Shown here: piece by piece, positions 13,603 to 25,234 of the stretch
Layout: each line of letters starts with the position of its first letter
Numbering within the stretch: the first letter of the stretch is position 1
Assembly (NCBI GenBank): GCA_964016885.1
Contig: OZ024740.1
Coordinates: 134,602,001-134,666,000, forward strand
Length of the DNA stretch: 64,000 nt
From: Eledone cirrhosa
Lineage: Eukaryota
Direction of reading: 5' to 3'
Made by a program: the position numbers and the translations under genes
The notes under the pieces: model-generated
What the model was told of the DNA's origin: nothing
The model's input: only the letters and a program-made list of their open reading frames with translations
Database searches by the model: none

Positions 13603-14862
13603 CTGAAAATACACAATACACATGCTGTTACACTACCTCCCTTGGCTATTATGCCCCTTTTTATAGTGACCATTACATATTGTTTACCATGCACTGGGAT
13701 GTGAATTCCGAACTTTTTCAGATTCTGCTATGAATGTATTTTCACCCAGCTAGGCTGGTTATATTAACTTTGATAGACATTTGTACTAACAAATATACTT
13801 TCTCTGAAGAACCTACATTATTAATTAATGTGGGTGAAACATTATGTAAGAATTATATAAATATTTTGTTATAATGACTTGCAACTCCTACACTTATTCA
13901 TTTGCTTATACACATATATATATATATAACATTGAAAAGAAGACCAAAGACTGTTAATTATATTATATTTCAATTAATGCATGTTTCTTCAATCTCATAA
14001 AACATATAATTAATTATTGGATAATTAATTATATGAACAAATGATTGGATTCATTAAAATGAATAAAAAATAGAAGAAAGATTTTTACATCTTCAAGTCA
14101 TTTTGTATGTAACCTTACACCAATGGTATTCGAAAATGTTTTCTTTTAAACTGTGATGAAGATGATGACAGTAATAAGTGAGCTATATTACTGTCTGTCG
14201 AACATTCCAAAAATGTAAACATTTTCATCCTTAACAGGTGAAGAATGACTTACAGAAAAAATAATTTTATATTTGGAGCAACAAAGTAAAAAATTGTGAA
14301 TAAATTTGATATTAAATTGGGTGAAATGAGGCAAAATTTTTAAATTTTTAGTTGTAAAAAAATGGAGATTTTCTTGTTTGAAAACCTCTGAAATTATCTA
14401 TTTTGATAAATGTAGAATCTATTAGAGACATATTTGAGTATGTCTTAGTGCAGCAAAGTAAAGAATTTTCAAGGTATTTGGTTCTTTATAAGTTACATGG
14501 AAATGTTCAAAATAGCACCTGGATATTGCAATAGAAATTTTTTCATCCTAACAGCTGTAGAATATTTTGCAGGAACAACTTTTAGAAGAGCCAAGTCAAT
14601 AATTGTAAAGAAATTTGAGATTACATCGGATAAAATGATGCTAAAATTTGAAATTTCTAACAGATATGTATAGTAGTAGAAAATCTACAGATGGACATTT
14701 AAAAAATTGAAAATTATCTATTTTAACAAATTCAGAATCTATTAGTGATGTATTTGAACATGTTTGGATGCAGTAAAGTGAAAAAATTGTATAGATATGT
14801 TTAGTAGTAAAAATGGAGCCATTTTACATACATTCATATACACATATCATTTTGTATATTAC

Positions 14863-14926
14863 CTGGTAACCTCTCCAAAATTGACATGGCATCCACTTTG
14901 ATAATTCCTGTAGCAGTCTCACAAAG
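14863..14926 (-). CDS. LBP/BPI-family exon (LCETATGIIKVDAMSILERLP)
   Basis: CAG acceptor, GTAATA donor, 64 nt, phase 0 to 1; second conserved Cys and LxxLPV motif. Confidence 0.9.
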
Positions 14927-15234
14927 CTGAAAATATAAATAATGGAATTATTACAAAGAAATATGAACTGAAATTTTAAATCACATTGAAAAACAAATCA
15001 ATGTACATACATACATATATATATATACACATATATATATACACGCACAAACATATGTATTCTTTTTACAAAATTCAACTCCTTACAAGGTCAACCCAAA
15101 GCCATGGTTGAAGAAACTTGCCTAAAGTGTAATGTATCCATTTGTAAGATTTGAATACTATTTCTAGTAGTTCAAGCAATCAAATTGAAGTTTCCTCACT
15201 GACTTGTGTACTTATATCACTCAGTACACACTGC

Positions 15235-15606
15235 AAACTGTTACTGCTGGTACCATAATAAATGCATCCAATACACTCAGTAAAGTGGTAGTGGTGATGC
15301 CATGATAAAATGTATCCAGTATATTCTGTAGAGTGGTTCTGGTGATGTCATAATAAAATACACCCAGTATACTCTGTAAAATGGTAGAGGTGATGCCATA
15401 AATTACACCCAGTACACTCTGTAAAGTGGTAGAGGTGATGCCATGATAAAATGTACCCAGTATATTCTGCAAAGGATGGACATTAGGAAGGGCATCCAGC
15501 TGTAGAAGCCATACCTAAATCTGGAACGCATGAGAAAGATGTGGTTATCATGACCCATTCAGTCCATGTTAGCATGGGAAACAAACATAAAAATGATGAT
15601 GATGAT
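15235..15606 (+). mobile_element. RTE 3'-UTR-derived fragment with internal ~53-bp tandem repeats
   Basis: Repeated AAATGYACCCAGTAYACTCTGTAAAGTGGT units, then AGGAAGGGCATCCAGCTGTAGAA and a GCATGG...(GAT)n tail matching the RTE 3' end at 11550-11743. Confidence 0.7.
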
Positions 15607-15702
15607 ATTAAAATATGTGATAACTATTTTAAAGAAGATTCTAAAAATAATATTAAGGAAAATGTATTTATTTTATATAATCTATTTATTATATATAAAT
15701 AC

Positions 15703-15845
15703 CTGATTCTGCAAAATGTTCTCCAAGAATGGTTGTGCTAGGCTTGCTACAATATTGTAAAGCCAGCTGCCCAAATTCATTTCCAAATTGATGAGGCTTT
15801 GACAATCAGATACTGTCATGACAAAGCCACCATCACTGCTGCGAG
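15703..15845 (-). CDS. LBP/BPI-family exon (TRSSDGGFVMTVSDCQSLINLEMNLGSWLYNIVASLAQPFLENILQNQ)
   Basis: CAG acceptor, GTATTT donor, 143 nt, phase 1 to 0; first conserved Cys and the SWLYN motif. Confidence 0.9.
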
Positions 15846-17160
15846 CTGAAATTACATGATATATATGATATAAAAATATTTTCAGGGTCTTTAATTACAA
15901 ACATTGATGACTCAGATTAGTACAATGCCACAAAGTTCATTGGGGGAGTAGAGTGCATCTGGAATGAGGGCTTCTCAGTCAAAGACATGTAAAATATTTC
16001 TTCCTTAATAATTGTTTCTGATTTATCGATTCCCCCCCCCCCTCTTCAGGATGAAAGGCAAAGCTAACATCAGCAGGCTTTGAAATCAGAACATAAAGGG
16101 CCATGACTCTATGCACTAGAGCATGTTGTCTGCCAATCCACTACCCTTCTTTCTTAATAATGTTTCTACTTTTGGCACAAGGCCACCAATTATACCAGTG
16201 TATTACTGGTACTTTATTTTATTGACCCCGTAATGATGAAAGGCAAAGTTAACCTCAGCGGGATTTGAACTCAGAATGTAAAGGGCTATAACTCTATGCT
16301 GCAAAGCATGGTGGCTGATGCTCTACTGATACTGCCAAAGCACCACCATGAACTAGGCCACAACCTCCACTATACTGCAAAGAAGTAAAAGTTTTAGAAC
16401 TTAACTGATTTCAATGCTAATATTCAACGTTGTTTCACTAAAGAATGGCATCAAAGCTTCCTTCTTTCTTAATGATAGTTACTAATTTAATCATATGGCC
16501 AACAATTTTTGGGGGAGGGGAAAGTCAATAAAATCGTTCCCAGTGCATTACTGGTACATTATTTTATCACCCACCCCCAGCCATCCCTTCAGGATGAAAG
16601 GCAAAGCTAACCTTAGTGAGATTTGAACTCAGAACATAAAGAGCCATAACTCTATGCCATAAAGCATGTTGCCTGATGCTCTGCCAATACTGTCAATCCA
16701 CTGCCCTTCTTTCTTAATAATGTAATATTAAATCTTTCTCTATATGATTTTATATATCAGATTAATGGACAATAAATACAGAGGATATGCAAAGGCTAGA
16801 GAGAAATGAAGTGGGGGGTGTGGTGGTATACTGCTAAAGATCTAAGATCTAAAGTCTGTCTTAAGCTAGCAGGCACGTTAGACTAGTGCTTATCCCGATT
16901 TCATGGTGACTGAGAGTACAAGACTCCCTCCTGGACAGGATGCCAGTCCATCGCAGGGTTAAACCCCCAGCTATTGCTAGTACTCATTTACAGCTGAGTA
17001 TACTGGAGCAATATGAAATGAAGTGTTTTATTCTAGAACACAATACGCAACCCAGCCCAGGAATCAAACCCACAACATTATGATTGTAAGTCCAACACCC
17101 TAACCCTTAGGCCACACACCTCCATTATACTGCAAAGAAGTAAACATTTTAGAACTTAAC

Positions 17161-17234
17161 TGATTTCAATGGTAATATTCAATGTTGTTTCACGAAGAAT
17201 GGCATCAAAGCTTCCTTCATCTTGAATGGTAAAC
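17161..17234 (-). CDS. LBP/BPI-family exon (FTIQDEGSFDAILRETTLNITIEI)
   Basis: Polypyrimidine tract plus AAG acceptor, GTTAAG donor, 74 nt, phase 2 to 1; contains the family GSFD motif and bridges the phases of its neighbours exactly. Confidence 0.85.
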
Positions 17235-17641
17235 CTTTGAAGGGTTGAGGAGAAAAGAAAATAATCTTTAAAAATCAGCTAATAATTAAACAAAATTTGG
17301 CCATGTTTTGTCAATGTTAGAAATCAATATAAATACAAAATCATATATATGTTTAACCCTTTCCTTACCATATTCTGAATGAAAAATGTTGCCAATGATT
17401 TTCAGATAATTTTGATATTAATTAAGAATTTTGAGGTATTTTAGTAATTTAACTAATTTTCTCATTATTAAGATGGTGTTTAAAATATAACTTAAAGATT
17501 CTTACATAAAATTATCATGGAAGGTTTTAAAATAAACAGGTTTGTATCATAGAAACTGGCATGATTTCAGGCAGTTAGGTAAAAAAAAAAGACATGTAAA
17601 GAGCATGTAAAACCCTCTACACACATATAACAGTCATATAA

Positions 17642-17682
<41 letters not shown>

Positions 17683-18641
17683 GTATATATATATATATGA
17701 AGATTCAGGGCCCCAACGGCTGAGCTCCAGCCATTTCGACAGCTAGTTCCGAAACCCCGTTGGGGGTCCTGAATCTTTTCATATTATCCACTCTACTACC
17801 CCAAGTATTGAGTACTCTGGTGGGTTATGGTCCACCTGGTTTTTTACCACACTCTATCTGATATATGTAAAAATATAAAAAAAGAAAATGTTCGCTCTAC
17901 ATAGCTGAATACAATAAATGTAATCTGAGTTTTTCCAATATTAATAATAACATTCGATTCATTTGCAATTATGCAAACAAGTCTCATTTTAAAACATTAG
18001 TGTCTGCAGTTCTGTTTACATGCCAAAACAAGAGCAAGAATGAAGAGTTCATTCTACTGACATGGCTATAAAAATGAGGCTTGTTTGCATAATTGCAAAC
18101 GAATTGAATGTTATTATTAATATTCGAAAAACTCAGATTACATTTATAAAAATATATATTTATATTTATATTTATATATATATGCAGTAGATATAGATGC
18201 AATTCAAGTCAAGCACTCAACGTCATGTTACTACTTCAATTTTTTTTATCGTCCATTAAATTGCATCCAGGACTGCCTAGGAAATGTAACATTTTACTCA
18301 ATTTTTCTGTCTGACGAAATCACGAGAATGGGTAAATAATAAAGTGACCATGCTCGTCCAAAATATGTTTCACGGCCCTATTAATAAAGGACTCTTTAAC
18401 ATCTACAACTTTGTATATATATATGAACATACACTAGCATACATTTGTGTATAATAAAGCACATACATATGCAACTGTATATATGCATATATGCAAATAG
18501 AAAAGAAAAACTAACATACTCAACTATATACAATCACACACTTATATGCAATCAAAAACATGTACATACTTAAACATGAATAACTCCTGCATACAAACAT
18601 ACACAAATATATATTATATATTACACATAAACATATAAAGG

Positions 18642-18682
<41 letters not shown>

Positions 18683-19720
18683 AATATACTTACATGTATA
18701 AAAGACTGGAGTATATATTTATATTAGTGTTCATAGAAGCTGATAACTTTACAGGACTAATAACAATCAAGCAAGATGTATACTAAAGAAATTCATAGCT
18801 TTTTTTTTAGTTGGGGTGGGAATAGCAATGCCCATGACCCTTTTCAAAGACTCTGAGAATGGTATAAAGGAGTGGGGTAGGTAAACTTAAATCAGAAACC
18901 TAGCCCTAATGCTTGCAACAGAATGGACTCTGCCAAATGCACTCAAGCTCCAAGTAGTGGAGTGACAGATTTACATCTATCAAACAGAAAGCTGTCCGAC
19001 TGTCAGTGCAATAGACAATGTGTATCCTGTCACATATGCTGCACTACATCCTTATCAAAGACTCTTTAACTCACAATGTCCAAGCCCATCCACTAATAAC
19101 ATATAAGAGCCAATGAGGGAACCCTTACACAGTCCCTCAACATGCTAGAAAGAATAGCCAAAGTTCTCTTAAATTACACCCTACCATCATAAATAAGGAA
19201 GTATAATGCATTTCTACATACTCCTAAAATGACAGAATGATCACAACTGGAAGCCCTTTAATCATAAGTTTGCTCAATCAGGATTGTGCTAACTTTAAAT
19301 AATAACACTTCACTGCTGAAAACCTTTCTTATTCTGTTACTACAGAGTGCTGTAAGCAGTGGCAGTACTGTGAATTTGATGAACGTTTTGATTAACTTGT
19401 AGTGAGAGGGAGTCATCACTTTTATGTCCATTTGTACATGTTTGCATGGATTGGATGAAGGCTGGAGCTAAACCCAGTTTCATGAGGTAGGTGTTGTGCA
19501 ACTGAGAGTTCAAGACAGGACTCTCTGGACAGGACTCCCTAGAGCAACAGGCATCAGGTTGGGAACCATTGGGGTGGATGTTGTCATTGATGTTGTTAAG
19601 AATGCTTCTCATACATAATACAGAATTACATACTCAATCCCAACTCATACATAATACCAGAAAAAGAACAACAAAAATCAATGATCAGCAGAAATACACA
19701 AAACTGAAATATCACTTTAC

Positions 19721-19849
19721 CAAGCACGTGTGATATAGTTCCAATATCCGCTCACTTTTGTATAATTAATGGAAAGAATCCATCGTACACCATGGTCTGG
19801 AATCAGCTCAGCACTGCCAACTGGTGGGGAAAAATCAACAATAGATAAA
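19721..19849 (-). CDS. LBP/BPI-family exon (LSIVDFSPPVGSAELIPDHGVRWILSINYTKVSGYWNYITRAW)
   Basis: CAG acceptor, GTAAAG donor, 129 nt, phase 2 to 2; BPI N-domain motifs LIPxxG and VSGxW. Confidence 0.88.
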
Positions 19850-20840
19850 CTGTAAAATAGAATAGTAAAACACATTGAATTACATTTTACAGATTACATT
19901 CAGAATTGAACATGTAGAGACTAAAATACGAGAGAGATGAACACAGATACAAGTATACATGTGTTCCAATTGTAAAGGACCAAGTTAGCCTACAGATACA
20001 AGTATACATGTGTTCCAATTGCAAAGGACCAAGTTAACCTAGCTAACTTGGTCCTTTGCAATTGGAACACATGTATACTTGTATCTGTGTTCATCTCTCT
20101 CATATATTCAATTATATTACACAGCTAGGAAAGATTCCTTTCTTTGAGTTATTTAATTGTAAAAGACTATTTTTTAGTTTCTAACTCAATGTATGAGATT
20201 AAAATACATAATTATTTCTAACATTAGCACAAGGCCAGCAAATTGGGGGGAGGAGAAGTCAACAATATTAAGCCTAGTACTTAACTGGTACTTTATTTCA
20301 TCAACATCAGAAGGTGAAAGGCAAAGTTGACCTTGGAACATAGAGAGTCATAACTAAATACCACAAAGCATTTAATCTGATGCTTTATCGATATTGTCAG
20401 TCCAACACTCTATAGTGATTTCTAATCTGGATTTAAGGCATGCAATTTATGGTGAGGAGAATGTCCATAATATCCACCCCAGTATTTAACTGGTACTTAC
20501 ATTATTGAAAGGCAAAGTTGATCTCAGCAGGATTTGAACTAAAAATGTAAAGGGCCATAACTAAATGCTGCAAAGGCATTTTATCTTATGCCCCACCAAT
20601 TTTCTTAATCCACTAACTTAAATAATAATTTCTAGTCTAAGCACAAGGCCTACAATTTGTGGGGAGAGGAAAGACAATTTTATCAACTCAAGATTGAGTG
20701 ACAATGTAGCAGTTACCTCATTTGGCCTTAAGTTGTGTATATAATATAGAGTTAAACAGCAATAGTAAATAAGGTCACTCAATGAAAAATAAAGAACTCT
20801 AGTGTATAATCATATCAGCTGAGTTGTTAAATATACTCAC

Positions 20841-20943
20841 TTGCTAATGGTCATTTCAACTCCATTTTGTTTTGTTATCAAATCTGGGATGTGATTCATA
20901 TGTTTTAGCTTTTGGTAAAGGACATCAGCCCCCAACTCTGCCA
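20841..20943 (-). CDS. LBP/BPI-family gene, first identified coding exon (xAELGADVLYQKLKHMNHIPDLITKQNGVEMTISN)
   Basis: Pyrimidine-rich TAG acceptor, GTGAGT donor, 103 nt, phase 1 to 2; joins in frame to the next exon. Confidence 0.8.
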
Positions 20944-21333
20944 CTAAAAAAAACAAAAGAATATACAATTTAATATCTTCTTCACTTCTTTGCCCACTTG
21001 TTCCTGAGAGGGTTGTTGGGCAGAGACCTCAAACACTCCTTCAAAATTAACATAGCTTGCAAAATCCCCATATTTTCTGGTGTATCAGACATTATCTTTT
21101 ACACAAAGTTTAGGTGTCAAATCTGCTTGCATTCAATACACCAAATTGGCAGTATCGGTAGAGGGTCGGACGCCATGCTTTCCAGCATAGTTACGTCCCT
21201 TTACGATCTGAGTTCAAATCCCGCCGAGGTTGACTTTGCCTTTCATCCTTACGGGGTCGATAAAATAAAGTACCAGTAATGAACTGGGTATTTGCTGGCC
21301 TTGTGCCTAAAGTAGAAACAATTATTATTATTA

Positions 21334-21790
21334 TGATTTGAAACTCCCTTAGAGTTCTGTTTCATTCCCAAATCTTGCCGTGTGTCAACCTGGCACCTGA
21401 GGCAAAATTTTATAATGCACACATTTTACAATCGATTGTCACACAAATTATGCCACAGGGGTACAAATAACAGATGTCCTTGCAAAGGTTTTAAATTGAT
21501 AATGCCCTTCTTAGGACATGAGCAGAACCAGTCAGCCCTATTTTCTGTATTTCTTGCAGAGATGGCTTTCCAGGTATTCGGTCCAAATATTTTTCAGTGC
21601 CTTTTTTTTATCATTCTAAGTATGCCAACTATCACTGGTATTGTACAGGCCTTAAGATGCCACATTTTCTCAATTTCAGTTGATAGATCTTTATACTTAC
21701 TGAGCTTTCTAAACACTGTCGAGGAGATATTATGATCTGATGGAATGCTCATGTCAATTAAGAAGTATGTTTTCTCTTGGTCCTTCACAA
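21334..21790 (-). mobile_element. 3' fragment of an R4/Dong-like non-LTR retrotransposon (restriction-like endonuclease)
   Basis: ORF 21594-21788: LIDMSIPSD.N.....KLSKYKDL..EI.KMW...IPVIVG. Flanked on both sides by (ATT)n-like sequence. Confidence 0.75.
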
Positions 21791-21844
21791 TTATAATTAT
21801 TTTTATTATTATTTCTAAATTATAATACCTGATCTATTTCAGGT

Positions 21845-22229
21845 AAATTTTTACAATTATACCTGCCTCATGTTGGAGGTGAAATTTATGTTTTTCCTGT
21901 AGGTTTTTATGAATTTTGAATTAATCTAACCTTCAAAACCATTAAAAAATGATTGTTTTTCTTGGGGGGGGAGGGGGGGTTACCAGAGGGGGGGGGGACA
22001 TTCAGGTTTTGGTTATGAATATTGCACCCATCTCACTTTGGAGGTAAAATATGTTTTTCTTATAGCTTTTGATGCTCCCAATATAACTGAAAAATGAATA
22101 ATTTCCAATGGTTTTGAAGGTCAAATTCATTTAAAAACACCCAAACCACAGGAAAACACCCAAACAACAAAAACACCCAAACCACAGGAAAAACATATAT
22201 TTCACCTCCAAAATTAGATGTAAAAATTT
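21845..22229. mobile_element. MITE-like element with long imperfect inverted termini
   Basis: TTGGAGGTGAAATTTATGTTTTTCCTGT...CCTTCAAAACCATT at left is mirrored by AATGGTTTTGAAGG...ACAGGAAAAACATATATTTCACCTCCAA at right. Confidence 0.55.
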
Positions 22230-22594
22230 ACCGCATTTCATAGTTATGATGCCTTACATGTTGTAGATTGGCCATTTCTCAACAAAAACATATCAATAAA
22301 CTTTAGGTTGTGACAGAAAACAACATAAACATTTCTAGTTGAGTAGGAAACAGATATTTAGGCTGGGAAATTGCAGGTATTTTAAGGTGATACCATTATC
22401 AAAATACCTGTATAAAATGCCTGTACCACATAATATAGAATGAAAATTAAAAGAAGAAAAATAAAGAACATAATTATATCGAAAAGTTTTAAAGATTACC
22501 AGTTTCCTGGATTTTCCAGATAAATAGTTGGGTACCTCTAAGCAAATCAAGTACTAAGCCAAGAATTTTGTATGTGAAAGTATACACATTACAC

Positions 22595-22634
<40 letters not shown>

Positions 22635-22719
22635 TTATTAAAATAACAGATTATGTATTTGATATATATTTATCCTTATCGAGCCCTCTTTGGATTTTAG
22701 TCTTCAAATTTATTATTAT

Positions 22720-22768
<49 letters not shown>

Positions 22769-24945
22769 TGTATATATTATCTCCATCACCATCATCCTCA
22801 TTTGACATCCATTTTTCCTGCTAGCAAGAGTTGGATACATACCAAGTCAGTACTTAAACAGAACTACTGATGTCTCAAATTGTTTACATTTCCACACTTT
22901 ACAGAGTGTACTGGGTGTTTTATCATGAAATCAGCACTAGAGATGTTGTCATGTTTTTCCTCTCAACCTTTTGTTTGGCATGTTTTCTGCAACTGGATGC
23001 ACTTCCTATTACCAACTACTTTGCAGAATGTACAGGGTACATTTTATACTGGCACCAATATTATATATATGTATATATAGGTGTGTGCACGTGTGTATTA
23101 TTATTATTATTATTATTACTATTATTATTATTGTTATTTACCCTTTGGCTAAGCTTAAATCATATATATATCATCATCATAATCATCACCATTTAATGTT
23201 CATTTTCCATGCTAGCATGGGTTAGACGGATTGTTTTGTTTGAGGCAAGTTGGATCAGGTGACCGTGTCTTACTCACACAGAATTGTTTCTGGCTTGGTT
23301 TCTACAACTGGTGAAAAATAAATATTTCTAAATATGATGTTATTTTCATTATCATAAGTATGACAACATACTTAGCCTTGCTGCAAAAACTATTACATAC
23401 TGGAATGTTTAACTTGGGTTTTAACATGAAACAATACTTCACAACCAAGCCATCATCACTATCACCACCACTTTGATGTTCTAAATATAGCATAGTTCTT
23501 ATGAAGAAGCCACATTTTTGTGTATCTAGATTGGTTATTTAGGCAGTTCACTGGGCACCTCTGTCTGTAACACAGGTTACCAAATACCGGGATTTAATTG
23601 ATCACTTTCTATTTCATGCCAGTTGAAAACCCCAGTGTTCTAGGTCCTTGGACTGACGTTTTCCTATGCAAAATCAGGAGGAGTGCATTCTGCTTGAGAA
23701 AAGAGCCATATGTAGTTGAATGTGTTGCTGGTTGTTCTACACAGGTGTTCTACACAGGTGTTGCTGGTTGTTCTACACAGCAATGCTTTCGCCATCTTTT
23801 CTGCAGAGTGCAGCTGAGATATACTGTTCAGCCATGAGTATAGAGTTTCCCCTTCCAATTTCAACCCTTCTTTTTTTTTCTTCCCCCACCTTTACTCTTT
23901 TTCTCTCTTCCTGTTTATCATTTAAAATTTTTTTTAATACTTTTATTATTGTATACTTCTATTCACTAATAAACATATAAACATATTATTAATTTTATTA
24001 GAACTTCAAGTTTTATAGATATATTTGAAAAATAGATCACTCATCTATAAGCATTTACCTAAAATTGAAATACATGTAAGTGACACTCCAATAACAGGAT
24101 TATTATTTTGTTTTTATTTAATTTGACAGGCTGTGCTAAAAAGGTTTGCCATTACTGTGTTACAATATTATAAAAGAAAAAGATACATTAGACCAAAGGT
24201 TTCTATTGTTTTCCTTCCAATTTACCCTGTGGTAAATTTTCGAAGGTAAATTTATTATCACGACTTTGAATAACTAATGATGAACAGATACCAGTCTGTC
24301 AATGAGACATACAGAACGTTCAGCCCAAAATAGTAGAAAGAAAACAAATTAGCATTTTTTCATAATAAACAAAACAGATCTATTTCACAATGTCTTCTCC
24401 ATTTCAGTTTGTTTTTAATTATAACTAGGTGTCCCCTCCCCCACTGGCTCCTCACTGCCACCCCCTCCTACAGATCTCTATCTTATTACCTCTAATGCAT
24501 GTAGATTCTTAAGCTTGTAATAAACTATATGCATGACATAAGTTATTTCCCTTGTCTTCTCAACTTAAAAAAGGTGTTTCCTGTCCTTTTTACTCCTACA
24601 TATCTGTGACAGACAGACCGACAGAAATAACTTTTCTTTTATAAAATAGATCGAAACAAATGTGCACAAATCCAGAACCAGAAAATGAGCCTCCTGAGTG
24701 GGTTAAATTACCACCTGAGCAGGTTGAGGGATGGGGGAGATAAATTAATTCAAAGTTAGGAACCTATACATTAGACCAGTGCTTCTCAAACTATCTGATG
24801 TGGCGGACCGGCATTTTTTTTTCAATGTCCCACGTACCGCTAATATTTCGTAGTAATATTAATTTATACCGGAAATGATATATATAATGAATATAATAAA
24901 AGTTGACCATTTTTTTATCTTCTATTTATTTTGTAAACAAATAAT

Positions 24946-25129
24946 TGTTTCTACTTTTGGCACAAGGCCAGCAATTACCCAGTGCATTACTGGTACTTTA
25001 TTTTATCGACCCCGTAAGGATGAAAAGCAAAGTCAACCTCGGCGGGATTTGAACTCAGATCGTAAAGGGACGTAACTATGCTTGAAAGCATGGCGTCCGA
25101 CCCTCTACCGATACCGCCAATCCACCGCC
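24946..25129 (-). mobile_element. tRNA-headed SINE family A (Deu/Nin-like central domain), nested in the Buster element
   Basis: A box TGGCGGTATCGG, B box GAGTTCAAATC, domain GCCTTTCATCCTTACGGGGTCGATAAAATAAAGTACC; TSD TTTGTAAACAAATAAT. Confidence 0.88.
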
Positions 25130-25234
25130 TTTTGTAAACAAATAATACAATATCAAAACATATAAAAAAGTAATAAAAAAAATAACAAGCAGTTTATTAA
25201 CACAAAAATAAAAATTATATAACCTTAATCTTTA

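Noticed and set aside
24059-24152. Minus-strand NNPVIGVSLTCISIL with a phase-1 GTAAAT donor as candidate first exon
   Set aside because: In-frame TAA between the nearest ATG and the motif, no hydrophobic signal segment and no acceptor.
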